This document shows, in pieces, positions 44,840-53,921 of a stretch of 64,000 bases of DNA (positions are counted from its first letter, which is position 1; every line of letters begins with the position of its first letter). The stretch covers positions 28,431 through 92,430 of the forward strand of contig DATMBM010000016.1 of the NCBI GenBank assembly GCA_035559235.1, given 5' to 3'. The translations under genes and the position numbers were made by a program. The notes beneath the pieces were generated by a model. That model made no database searches. It saw only the letters and a program-made list of their open reading frames with translations, and was not told the DNA's origin. This DNA is from Minisyncoccota bacterium (GTDB taxonomy: Bacteria > Patescibacteriota > Minisyncoccia > Phycocordibacterales > UBA2100).

Positions 44840-45412
44840 ATGATCGGCAGGCTCGAAGGCACGGTGGTCGCGCTGCGTCCCGGATTCGCCATCCTTTCGG
44901 CCGGCGGCGTCGGGTACAAGGTATTCGCGACCAAGGAAACGCTCTCGAAATTGGCGCAGGACTCGAAGGTGTCGCTCTGGACCCATCTCGCGGTCCGTGA
45001 AAACGCACTCGACCTCTACGGTTTTCCATCGGAGGAGGAATTGCATTTCTTCGATCTGCTGCTCACCGTATCCGGCATCGGCCCGAAAAGCGCGCTTGCC
45101 ATTCTCGATATTGCCACCGTCGAGACTCTGCGGGGGGCAATTGCGCGCGGGAACGCCGGCTACCTCACCAAGGTGTCCGGTATCGGCAAAAAAACGGCCG
45201 AGAAGATCGTCGTCGAACTGAAAGACAAGGTCGGACTCGGCGCGGACGGCGCAGAGGGCGCCATGGAAGGCGACGCGGAAGCGCTCGAGGCGCTCGCGAG
45301 CCTCGGCTACACGCTTCCGGAAGCGCGCGAAGCACTCCGGAAAGTACCGCTCGATGTGGTGGGCGGCAATGAGCGCCTACGCGAAGCGCTAAAGATACTC
45401 GGAGGAAAATGA
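44840..45412 (+). CDS. ruvA: Holliday junction DNA helicase subunit RuvA; start MIGRLEGTVV
   Basis: MIGRLEGTV…GVGYKV… OB domain I; HhH domain II (LLTVSGIGPKSALAILD…LTKVSGIGKKTAEKIVVEL); C-terminal domain III. Confidence 0.92.
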   Translation: MIGRLEGTVVALRPGFAILSAGGVGYKVFATKETLSKLAQDSKVSLWTHLAVRENALDLYGFPSEEELHFFDLLLTVSGIGPKSALAILDIATVETLRGAIARGNAGYLTKVSGIGKKTAEKIVVELKDKVGLGADGAEGAMEGDAEALEALASLGYTLPEAREALRKVPLDVVGGNERLREALKILGGK

Positions 45413-46671
45413 TCATGAAAGAGACCGTCAAATCAATTATTCCGGGACCGCTCCTCTCCGCGTATCATTTCACCCTCGCCTTTCTTGCCGCGCTCGTGTA
45501 TCGCTTTCCTTCCCGCAGGATCATCGTCGTCGCGGTCACAGGCACCAAGGGAAAATCGTCGACGATAGAATTTTTAAACGCGATATTCGAGGCCGCCGGG
45601 CACACGACCGCGCTCTCGAGCACGATCCGCTTCAAAATAGGCGCGACCTCGAAGCCGAATCTCCGCCGTCAGACGCAACCCGGACGCTTCTTTTTGCAAA
45701 GCTTTCTTGCGCGCGCGGCCGACGCCGGCTGCACCGTTGCGCTTATTGAAATGACGAGCGAAGGCGCACGACAATTCCGCCACCGATTTATTGACCTCGA
45801 CGCGCTCATCTTCCTCAATCTCGCGCCCGAACACATCGAATCGCACGGTTCGCTCGAAGCCTATGCGGACGCGAAATACGAATTGGGCAAGCAGCTCCTG
45901 CGCTCACGCAAACGCCCGCGCATCATGGTCGCCAACGCAAGCGACGCGCAATCGGCGCGGTACCTCACGCTCCCCGTCGAAGAGTTGCGCCCTTTTTCGC
46001 TCGATACGGCCGCCCCGTGGGAAACCGGTGAGCGCGGCGGCTTCTTCACCTTTGATCGGCTCCGTATCGAAGTGCGCCTCCCGGGCGCCTTTTCGCTCAT
46101 GAACGCGCTTGCGGCTGCGGTTGCCGCGCACGCACTCGGCATTCCATGCCCAACGATTGCGCGCGGCATCGCTGCGCTCGAGAAGATCCCCGGGCGAGCC
46201 GAAGAAATCATCGAAGGACAGCCGTTTTCGGTCATCGTCGATTACGCGCACACGCCGGACTCACTAGCGGCGCTCTATCGGGCCTTTAGTACGCGTCGGA
46301 AAATCTGCGTACTCGGTTCAACCGGCGGCGGGCGTGATACGTGGAAGCGGCCGGTCATGGGAGCGATTGCGGACGAAGAGTGCGACATGATCATCCTCAC
46401 CAACGAAGATCCGTACGACGAAGAGCCGCGCTCGATCGTTGACGGAATCGCCCGCGGGATCGAACGCAGGACGCCGGAGATCATCATGGATCGTCGCGAG
46501 GCAATCCGCCGCGCGTTCGAGGCGGCGCGGGCGAGCGACGTCGTACTTATTACCGGCAAGGGTACTGACCCGACGATACAGGGGCCGCGCGGCACGAGCA
46601 TTCCCTGGAGCGACGCCGAGGTCGCGCGGGAAGAGCTGCGAAAACGTTTCGGCAAAAAGGACGCACGATAA
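45409..46671 (+). CDS. Mur ligase family protein (MurE-like)
   Basis: ATP-binding P-loop VTGTKGKSST, Mur ligase middle and C-terminal domain motifs (…DYAHTPDSL…), 420 aa. No other mur genes adjacent; exact substrate unknown. Confidence 0.82.
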   Translation: MIMKETVKSIIPGPLLSAYHFTLAFLAALVYRFPSRRIIVVAVTGTKGKSSTIEFLNAIFEAAGHTTALSSTIRFKIGATSKPNLRRQTQPGRFFLQSFLARAADAGCTVALIEMTSEGARQFRHRFIDLDALIFLNLAPEHIESHGSLEAYADAKYELGKQLLRSRKRPRIMVANASDAQSARYLTLPVEELRPFSLDTAAPWETGERGGFFTFDRLRIEVRLPGAFSLMNALAAAVAAHALGIPCPTIARGIAALEKIPGRAEEIIEGQPFSVIVDYAHTPDSLAALYRAFSTRRKICVLGSTGGGRDTWKRPVMGAIADEECDMIILTNEDPYDEEPRSIVDGIARGIERRTPEIIMDRREAIRRAFEAARASDVVLITGKGTDPTIQGPRGTSIPWSDAEVAREELRKRFGKKDAR

Positions 46672-46689
46672 TCGGATACAATAGAGTGC

Positions 46690-47739
46690 ATGCTGAAGCA
46701 GATCCTGGTTGGCATCTTCGCGTTTTCGCTCATCGCTCTTATTGCGCTGTGGGTAATCACCGGAGGCCCGCGGCAACTTGTCACTGACACCACCGAATCC
46801 ATCCGCGCTGCAGTCACGACCGACAAGGACGTCGGCTTCCAACTGCCGTGGCAGCCCGCACAAATTTTCCCGACGATCGATATTACCGACCTGTACGATT
46901 TCTCCGCCGAAGAAGAACGGGCGTATTCGGCATATGCCGACTACCCGGAGTATCCCGACTATCCCGATTTCGCGCCGACTCATGCGCAGCAGCTTGCCGA
47001 ATTGGAATCCGAATACGACCGGCTACGCGCTGAAGCGAGTCGCCAACGGACGTTCGGCGCACCGTCGCCGTACGCCGGAAAAGTGGCAATCCAATCAGAT
47101 ATTTCTGGCGTTCGCGCGAGCGATCCGCGCGAAGAATACCTACAGATCGTCGCGAATTATGCAAACAGCGAAACGATCGACATCAGCGGTTGGATTTTGG
47201 AAAGTGCGCTTTCGGGCACGCGTATCCTGATCCCGCCGGCCGCCTCTCCCTTTATTGCGAATTCGTCGAACAGCGTAGGGTCAGTGCTACTCGAGCCGGG
47301 CGGGCTCGCACTCGTCACGTCGGCCGTCTCCCCCGTCGGAGTCTCGTTCCGCGAAAACATGTGCACCGGCTACCTCGGCCAATTTCAGGATTTCGGTCTG
47401 CCGCTTTCAGAAGAGTGCCCGTCTCCAGCACAGGTACTGCCGCTCACCGAAGAAAACCTCCGTCTCTATGGCGACGCGTGCTTCGACGCGATCATGCATC
47501 TCCCGGTGTGCCGCTTCCCGCAAAACCTACCCTCCTCCGTCTCCTCGGCATGCCGCGCATACCTCACGGACGCGCTTTCGTATAACGGCTGCGTGAAACA
47601 AAACCGATTCCGCTCTGCGTTCAACAAGAATATGTGGCGCATCTACCTCGGATCGCCAAAGGAACTCTGGCGCAATTCGCATGACGCGGTGCGGCTTTTG
47701 GATGCACAAGGACGGACCGTCAGCGTGTACGTGTATTAA
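46690..47739 (+). CDS. membrane-anchored protein with a lamin-tail-domain (LTD)-like region
   Basis: N-terminal TM anchor. YPEYPDYPD repeat. …ETIDISGWILESALSGTRILIP… resembles the LTD beta-sandwich motif. Confidence 0.6.
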   Translation: MLKQILVGIFAFSLIALIALWVITGGPRQLVTDTTESIRAAVTTDKDVGFQLPWQPAQIFPTIDITDLYDFSAEEERAYSAYADYPEYPDYPDFAPTHAQQLAELESEYDRLRAEASRQRTFGAPSPYAGKVAIQSDISGVRASDPREEYLQIVANYANSETIDISGWILESALSGTRILIPPAASPFIANSSNSVGSVLLEPGGLALVTSAVSPVGVSFRENMCTGYLGQFQDFGLPLSEECPSPAQVLPLTEENLRLYGDACFDAIMHLPVCRFPQNLPSSVSSACRAYLTDALSYNGCVKQNRFRSAFNKNMWRIYLGSPKELWRNSHDAVRLLDAQGRTVSVYVY

Positions 47740-48190
47740 ACAGAACGATTCCGGCCGCGACCGCAACGTTGAGTGATTCTTTGCTCCCTCGCATCGGAAT
47801 TTCGAGCAGCATGTCGCATTCGTCACGGAGCGCGTGCGAGAGCCCGCGCACTTCGTTGCCGAATATAAAGAGCGCGGGTTTCGTTGCGCGAAACGAGCGG
47901 TAGTCGCGCGAACGATGATCTTGCTCGACGCCGATAATCTGGAATCCTTGCGCACGCATCTTCTTCAGGTGCGCATGCGGCGATGTCGCGTACTCCCACG
48001 CGACTGAACGTTCAGCGCCAAGCGCCGTTTTCGCAATATCTTTTTGAATGCGGCCGAATCGGTCGATGGGTCGCGGCGTATAGCCGCTCAAATATACGCC
48101 CGTCACCCCCGCGGCATCTGCGGTGCGAAAGATCGAGCCGACATTGTGCGCGCTCCGGACGTTGTGCAACAGCACCGATACTGCGTACAT
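47720..48190 (-). CDS. SpoU/TrmH-family RNA 2'-O-methyltransferase
   Basis: …LLHNVRSAHNVGSIFRTADAAGV… and …LFIFGNEVRGLSHALRDECDMLLEIPM…SLNVAVAAGIVLF are the SPOUT motifs I-III. Confidence 0.8.
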   Translation of the reverse strand: MYAVSVLLHNVRSAHNVGSIFRTADAAGVTGVYLSGYTPRPIDRFGRIQKDIAKTALGAERSVAWEYATSPHAHLKKMRAQGFQIIGVEQDHRSRDYRSFRATKPALFIFGNEVRGLSHALRDECDMLLEIPMRGSKESLNVAVAAGIVLFNTRTR

Positions 48191-48247
48191 GCGCGCACAG
48201 TACCATCTTGTTTTTATTCCCGAAACCTGTACGCTACAACCTATCCT

Positions 48248-48592
48248 ATGCTGTCTTTTTTTCCTGAACTCCTTTTCCTCTCTCCGTTTGCCGCATTTCT
48301 CATTCGTCTCTCACTCGCCGTCCTTTTCGCCCACAGCGCATACCGACGCATCCCGCAATCCGACGCGCTCATCAAAACATTCGGCATCGTTGATGCGGCG
48401 ATCGCGCTATCATTATTGGTCGGCTTTGCGACACAAATCGCCGCACTTATCGGATTCGTCTGCACCGTCGCGTGGCTTGTGCGTTCCGACTGGAACCCGT
48501 ATCCGCGCCCCACTGCCGCGCTCGCGGCCGTGATGACGTTCACGTTGATCATCACCGGCCCGGGACCATTCGCATTCGATCTGCCGCTTTAA
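48248..48592 (+). CDS. hypothetical membrane protein (114 aa from MLSFFPELLF…)
   Basis: Three to four hydrophobic helices. The upstream part of ORF 48044 is antisense to the methyltransferase gene and is discarded. Confidence 0.45.
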   Translation: MLSFFPELLFLSPFAAFLIRLSLAVLFAHSAYRRIPQSDALIKTFGIVDAAIALSLLVGFATQIAALIGFVCTVAWLVRSDWNPYPRPTAALAAVMTFTLIITGPGPFAFDLPL

Positions 48593-48624
48593 TTCCCCAT
48601 TGTTTCAAGGTATAGTGCGCAAAA

Positions 48625-48697
48625 CCGCCCATAGCTCAGCCGGTAGAGCAGCTGCCTTTTAAGCAGTTGGCCGTTGGTTCGAATCCAACTGGGCGGA
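48625..48697 (+). tRNA. tRNA-Lys (anticodon TTT); acceptor stem begins C1:G72
   Basis: CCGCCCA-TA-GCTC-AGCCGGTA-GAGC-A-GCTGC-CTTTTAA-GCAGT-TGGCC-GTTGG-TTCGAAT-CCAAC-TGGGCGG-A. Confidence 0.85.
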
Positions 48698-48698
48698 A

Positions 48699-50399
48699 TT
48701 AAATCGCCAAATCTACCGTCACGCTGTCACGAACCGTCGAGGACGAATTGGTAACGAGGCACTCAATCGTAAATGTTGTAGGGCCGGTAATCGGCACGGT
48801 CGCGCCAGCGCCAAAGAGCGTGCTTTGTGAGAAGCTCGGACCGGATACAGTACACGCACTCACGCCGCGCGAATTCCAAAAGATGTACGTGCGTGCACCA
48901 AGGCGGACCGACGGCGGCTCGGCGCGGATATCGACTTCCGGCGGAATGTACGGGCTGGTTGTCGTACTCGAAGGAACCGTCTGCGTACCTCCTGCGGTAA
49001 ACGTCGTATTTGATGTTGTTTGCGTGCCACCGCCACCACCGCCTCCGCTTGTAAGCGGCCTGCCCGGCTCATACCCGGCGCGGCGGCAGAGATTGTCGAA
49101 GAAGCCGTCCGGCGCGAGGTTACCGAGGAAGTTATTCGCCGCCCATGGCCGCGCGGCGCAGACACGCGCAAGCGCCGACTGCGAACCGTCGCCGAAGGTA
49201 TTACCGCCGAAAAAGCCCGCGACTTCGGTGAGTCCTTGCCGTAAATTGGCGAAGACGGTAGCGCCCGCGCCACCGAGCCGTACGTCGCCGGTGAGACCGG
49301 ATTGCAACTGACCCGTGTTCGTCGCGCTCAGATTATTCTGCACCTGCGTCTGGGTAACGACAGAATTATTCGTCTGTCTCTGCTGCAACAGCGAATTGGT
49401 GTTAGTGCCCGCATTCGTGTTGATGTTCGTGTTGGTGCTTGTCGAAGAACCACCGAGCGCCTTCAAAAGATCACTGATGAGGTTGGGTTGGATGGTGGTG
49501 GTACCGGTAAGCTGGCCAGAAACGCCAGGTTGATAGATCCCGCATGGATCTGATGTTGGTGTTGATGTGTAGTAGAACTGCGTGCAGCCGGTGTAATTCG
49601 GGTAGGGATATCCTCCGCCTCCACCGCCCGAGCCGCCGCCTCCACCCATGAGCCCTTGCAGGCCCTGAAGGATACTTGAGAGTACTTGCATGCCCTGACC
49701 AAGCCCCTGCTGCCCGCCGCCGAGCGCGCCTTGCCCACCACCTGACGTGTCACCGAAGCATTTGTTCGGCTGAAGACATCTGCCTATTGTCGTGAATCCG
49801 GCCGTGTTGTTTACGCACGTACATTGGTGCATGTTTGGTCCTTGTCTTTTGCAGCCACACCCGCTGTCAGTACACACCCAGATAATCCCGCAGGGGCATC
49901 GCACGTCAACAGGATTGCATTGAGCATTCTGCGCATTGCTTCCGCCAAGCGCGCTCTGAAGCTGTCCGAGCCCAGAGAGCGTTTGTCCGAGTGCCTGCAA
50001 TGCTTCGAGGCCGGATGGGCCACCCCCACCGCCGCCTGCACCGCTGCCGCCACCGGCGCCAAATGAGGGTTCAACGAAAACGGTTACGCTGCAGGTTGCA
50101 CTACCGCCAGAGCCGGTCACGGTCGCGGTAAACGTTTTTGTTTCGGTGATGTTCGATACCTGTTTCGTGCCGTTTGGCGACGTGGAGCCGACGCCCTGGT
50201 TGATCGTGGCGGCGGACGCATTCGTCGAGGTAAGCGTGAGCGTCACCGTCTGCGACCCGGACACCAAGCTAAAGACAGAAGGGCTCGCGTTCAGCGTGCA
50301 TGTCGGCACTTGCGCATGCGCAGCAAGTGGAATAGAGAAGAAAAGCAACGTCGTCACTGCCCACGCAAAGGGAAACAGCCGAGAACGGATCATAATCAC
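48699..50399 (-). CDS. secreted Gly-rich / Cys-rich / Thr-Asn-rich low-complexity protein (566 aa)
   Basis: Signal peptide (LFPFAWAVTTLLFFSIPLAAHAQ). poly-Gly blocks (GGGGGSGGGGGG). Cys cluster …CNPVDVRCPCGIIWVCTDSGCGCKRQGPNMHQCTCVNN…. TNTN repeats. Beta-rich termini. Confidence 0.65.
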   Translation of the reverse strand: MIMIRSRLFPFAWAVTTLLFFSIPLAAHAQVPTCTLNASPSVFSLVSGSQTVTLTLTSTNASAATINQGVGSTSPNGTKQVSNITETKTFTATVTGSGGSATCSVTVFVEPSFGAGGGSGAGGGGGGPSGLEALQALGQTLSGLGQLQSALGGSNAQNAQCNPVDVRCPCGIIWVCTDSGCGCKRQGPNMHQCTCVNNTAGFTTIGRCLQPNKCFGDTSGGGQGALGGGQQGLGQGMQVLSSILQGLQGLMGGGGGSGGGGGGYPYPNYTGCTQFYYTSTPTSDPCGIYQPGVSGQLTGTTTIQPNLISDLLKALGGSSTSTNTNINTNAGTNTNSLLQQRQTNNSVVTQTQVQNNLSATNTGQLQSGLTGDVRLGGAGATVFANLRQGLTEVAGFFGGNTFGDGSQSALARVCAARPWAANNFLGNLAPDGFFDNLCRRAGYEPGRPLTSGGGGGGGTQTTSNTTFTAGGTQTVPSSTTTSPYIPPEVDIRAEPPSVRLGARTYIFWNSRGVSACTVSGPSFSQSTLFGAGATVPITGPTTFTIECLVTNSSSTVRDSVTVDLAI

Positions 50400-50450
50400 C
50401 CTTTAATAGTACGAGACGCCGTCGCGGTGTCCACGAATCATCTGTGCATA

Positions 50451-51092
50451 TCACCGCACCGCGAGCAGAAAGCGCTCGAGGGCATATTCGAGATCTTCCC
50501 CTTTTCGCCGTGCTTCATGTGGAAGCTCGGCGAGTGAGGCGACCAGGTCAGAAGCGCGTCTTCGCACAGCTGCATCCCGCCCGGCCTTGAGGAACATGTC
50601 CTTTGCTGCCCAAAACAGGACGCCGTGCACCATCTCCGGCGCGCTCCCTTTCGCGACTTCGCGCATGTAGCCGACCCAGAGCGCTTTCTTGTCGGCCTTG
50701 CGGAGCGCGTTTGCCATCACAAAAATCCCTGAATCGCGCTCCTTTTTTGGTGCATCGAATTTTTCAACAGTGTCCGCGAATTTCTCCAATTTTTTGCGCA
50801 GATCGGCGAGCGGCTTTTCTTCATACAAAAAGATGTCTTCGTTTGATTCGGAAAGTCGCCCGAGAGCGCTCAGAAAAATCTCGCACAATTCTGCATTCAT
50901 GCAGACTCCCTCAAACACCAACACCCGCTTCCCTCCGAACATGCCGCCGCCTTGCAGTGCGGCCTTCAGATCATCGGCACTGTGCGCGTCCGTAATCCGG
51001 ACAACTTCGGCCTTTTTCGCCGCTTTGTCGATCGCGATGTTCAGTTTTGCGCGCGCTCGCTCTCTGTCTGTTCCTAGATACAGATGCAGCAT
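50451..51092 (-). CDS. holA: DNA polymerase III delta subunit-like (short HolA)
   Basis: MLHLYLGTDRERARAKLN… matches the HolA N-terminal consensus (hLYLLyGeD). Only ~213 aa. Located directly downstream of polA. Confidence 0.5.
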   Translation of the reverse strand: MLHLYLGTDRERARAKLNIAIDKAAKKAEVVRITDAHSADDLKAALQGGGMFGGKRVLVFEGVCMNAELCEIFLSALGRLSESNEDIFLYEEKPLADLRKKLEKFADTVEKFDAPKKERDSGIFVMANALRKADKKALWVGYMREVAKGSAPEMVHGVLFWAAKDMFLKAGRDAAVRRRASDLVASLAELPHEARRKGEDLEYALERFLLAVR

Positions 51093-51094
51093 AC

Positions 51095-53494
51095 CTACGA
51101 TATTTTTCGCATGTCGTCCCAATTCTCGCCGATCTTTGCTTCGGCGACAATTGGCACTTCAGAGAGCGCGTCGGTGGGCGCGACATGCTCCATGACGCTG
51201 CGAATTTCTCGAGCAGCGTCTTCCGCGATGTTTTCATGTATTTCGTACACCAGCTCGTCGTGCACTTGGAGCACCAGTTTTACTTTTTCTTCCCACCCCT
51301 TCTCCTTGATCATTTCATCGGCCCGTACCATGGCGAGCTTGATGATGTCAGCCTGCGAACCTTGGATGGGTGCGTTCACGGCGAATCGTTCGGCCTGAGA
51401 GCGCAACTGCGGCAGCGCTGATTTAAAACCCGGCAGGTACCTCCGGCGCCCAAACACGGTCTCGACAAAGCCCTGCCGCTCGCCGTCCCGTTTTATTTTC
51501 TCGACCCACCGGGCGAGCTGTGGGTAACTTGCAAAGTATTCGTCGAGATAGCGCGCAGCTTCGTCACGACTCACCGTGGCGCCGAGGTTTGTTCGCAGCG
51601 CATTCACCCCCATGCCGTAGAGGATGCCGAAGTTGATCACCTTTGCCCGGCGACGCATCTCTTTGTCGACGTGCTCCGCCGGCACGTTAAACACGTTTGC
51701 GGCGACCGCTGTATGGATATCGTTCCCGCGCTTGAATACGTCGATCAGTTTTTCGTCGCCTGAAAGGCCGGCGGCGACGCGCAGTTCGATTTGGGAGTAG
51801 TCTAACGAAACGATGCGAAATCCGCGCGGCGCATTGAACGCGCTCCGGATGCGCCGGCCGTATTCGGTGCGAATCGGGATATTCTGCAAATTCGGATTCT
51901 GGCAACCCATCCGTCCGGTCACCGTCCCCGCCTGCAAGAATTCGGCATGCAACCTGCCGTCATCCGTCACCAGCTCCGCCATTTTCTCAACGTAGGTCGA
52001 GAGGAGCTTTTGCAGTTCGCGGTACTGCAAGACATCGTCGATGATCGGGTGCTCCGCCGACAGTTTCGCGAGCTCCTCCTCTCGGGTCGTTCGCAGCCCG
52101 GTTGAAGTCTTCCGGTGCCGCTCCGGCGTGATTTTCAATTCGTCGTAGAGCACCGTCGCCAGCTGCCGTGTCGAGTTGATGTTGAATTCGTGTCCCGCGT
52201 GCTGGAAAATACGCCCCGCAATCGCCCCGAGCTCGCTCCGATATTCTTTCGCGAGCTTCTCAAGTGCCGCCTTGTCGATACACACGCCGCGCGCATTCAT
52301 TGCCTGCACAACCGGTATCAAGGGTTTCTCAATCCGTTCAAACACGTCCTGCAGCCGCCCGGTCTCCCGTAGCTTTTTTGCGATTATCTCTCGCGCTTCA
52401 GAAAAAGTGCGCGCCTCCGCGTAGTCGAGAATCTGCTCGAGCGACGGCTCCGTGATATCAGAATGGAGGAGCCAGAGCATGAGCGCCGTTTCGCGAACAC
52501 TCTCTGGGTCAAGTTCTTCCGGCTGCGTTTCGGACTCGCGCGCGACATCTGCCGCCACCAGGTTCTTCAGCCGCGAGTGGAGCCGCTCTTTAATAGAGCG
52601 AAATTCATACCGATCGCAGAGCACATCGATGCTACCCATGTGATTGGAAACCTTCCATTCTTCCTGCGGAATTTTAAAATCAATCGGCGCTTCGCGACTG
52701 ATTGTTGCCAGTTGCTTTGAAAGCCGCGCATCACTCTCTCCCGCTTCAAGCAGACCGACGATCCGTTTCTTGATGCCCACCTTTTCGAAGGCGGCCGGGC
52801 TTTTCTTGAGCGTCTTGTAGATGTCTTCGATGGAACCAAAATTCGTAATTAGTTGTTCCGCAGTCTTTTCCCCGATGCCTTTCACGCCCTTAATATTGTC
52901 GGACGGATCGCCGCGCAGTGCTTTGTAATCGACGATATGTTCCGGGCCGAAGCCGTACCGTTCACGCACACGGTCTTCATCGTACAAAATCGTATCTTGG
53001 ATGCCCTGCCGGAGCGTATAGACCTGCACCGCGTCGCCGCGTATGAGTTGCAACGTATCCAAATCTCCCGTCGCAATCACGACGTCGATGTCGCTGTCTT
53101 TCAATTGCTCGACGATCGTACCGATACAATCGTCCGCTTCAAAACCCGGCGCGCTGTAGACCGGGATGCCGAATGCTTCAAACACATCGGGCGCTCGCTT
53201 GATCTGCTCAACGAGCTCGTCGTCGGCTTCGGCCCGATGCCCCTTGTAGTCGGCAAACAACCCGTCGCGGAAGGTCCCGCCAGGAAGATCACGCGCGGCG
53301 ATTACGTAGTCGGGCGACAGCTCGTCGACGACCTTGAGTAGCATCGTGATGAGGCCATACAGGGCCCCCGTCGGCTCTCCCTTCGACGTCGAAAAACCGG
53401 GGATCGCGTGGTAGGCGCGGTGCAGGATGGCGTGCGAATCGATGAGCACGAGTCGCTTATGCTCCTTAGGTTTCGTACGTGATTTCGCGCTCAT
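51095..53494 (-). CDS. polA: DNA polymerase I (5'-nuclease + polymerase; the 3'-5' exonuclease region appears reduced)
   Basis: N-terminal 5'-3' exonuclease (…LVLIDSHAILHRAYHA…GFEADDCIGT…). Polymerase motifs A (…LDYSQIELRVAA…), B (RRRAKVINFGILYG) and C (…VHDELVYE…). Start taken at MSAKSRTKP. Confidence 0.93.
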   Translation of the reverse strand: MSAKSRTKPKEHKRLVLIDSHAILHRAYHAIPGFSTSKGEPTGALYGLITMLLKVVDELSPDYVIAARDLPGGTFRDGLFADYKGHRAEADDELVEQIKRAPDVFEAFGIPVYSAPGFEADDCIGTIVEQLKDSDIDVVIATGDLDTLQLIRGDAVQVYTLRQGIQDTILYDEDRVRERYGFGPEHIVDYKALRGDPSDNIKGVKGIGEKTAEQLITNFGSIEDIYKTLKKSPAAFEKVGIKKRIVGLLEAGESDARLSKQLATISREAPIDFKIPQEEWKVSNHMGSIDVLCDRYEFRSIKERLHSRLKNLVAADVARESETQPEELDPESVRETALMLWLLHSDITEPSLEQILDYAEARTFSEAREIIAKKLRETGRLQDVFERIEKPLIPVVQAMNARGVCIDKAALEKLAKEYRSELGAIAGRIFQHAGHEFNINSTRQLATVLYDELKITPERHRKTSTGLRTTREEELAKLSAEHPIIDDVLQYRELQKLLSTYVEKMAELVTDDGRLHAEFLQAGTVTGRMGCQNPNLQNIPIRTEYGRRIRSAFNAPRGFRIVSLDYSQIELRVAAGLSGDEKLIDVFKRGNDIHTAVAANVFNVPAEHVDKEMRRRAKVINFGILYGMGVNALRTNLGATVSRDEAARYLDEYFASYPQLARWVEKIKRDGERQGFVETVFGRRRYLPGFKSALPQLRSQAERFAVNAPIQGSQADIIKLAMVRADEMIKEKGWEEKVKLVLQVHDELVYEIHENIAEDAAREIRSVMEHVAPTDALSEVPIVAEAKIGENWDDMRKIS

Positions 53495-53897
53495 CGTCTC
53501 CACTATACCGAAGTGTGATACGAATCGCACTGCCGGGAATTGCGCTGGGCACGCGCTCCGGCCATTCCACGATAACGAGAGTGTCCCGATCACGAAGCAG
53601 CTCCGCCCAGCCCAACACGTTGATATGCCGCTCGCCTTCGAGACGATACGCGTCTACATGCACCAAGCGCCTGAAAGGCCGCTCCCGCAACTCGTAGGTT
53701 TTCATGATGACGAACGTCGGACTGGTGACGTGCTCCGTGACCCCGAGTTCCGCGGCGACAGCCTTGGCAAATGCCGTCTTGCCGGCGCCAAGGTCGCCCG
53801 AGAGCGTGACAACGGTCGCATGATCCGCGTGCGGCGCAAGCGATCGCGCGAAACGCGCCGCCTCCTCTCGAAACGCTTCTATCCCGCGTACCCGCAT
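53466..53897 (-). CDS. tsaE: tRNA threonylcarbamoyladenosine biosynthesis protein TsaE (YjeE ATPase)
   Basis: P-loop LSGDLGAGKTAFAK and …TSPTFVIMKTYE… are canonical TsaE. Start at MRVRGIEAF. Confidence 0.85.
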   Translation of the reverse strand: MRVRGIEAFREEAARFARSLAPHADHATVVTLSGDLGAGKTAFAKAVAAELGVTEHVTSPTFVIMKTYELRERPFRRLVHVDAYRLEGERHINVLGWAELLRDRDTLVIVEWPERVPSAIPGSAIRITLRYSGDDEREITYET

Positions 53898-53921
53898 TTC
53901 CCTACGGTACAATATGATCCA

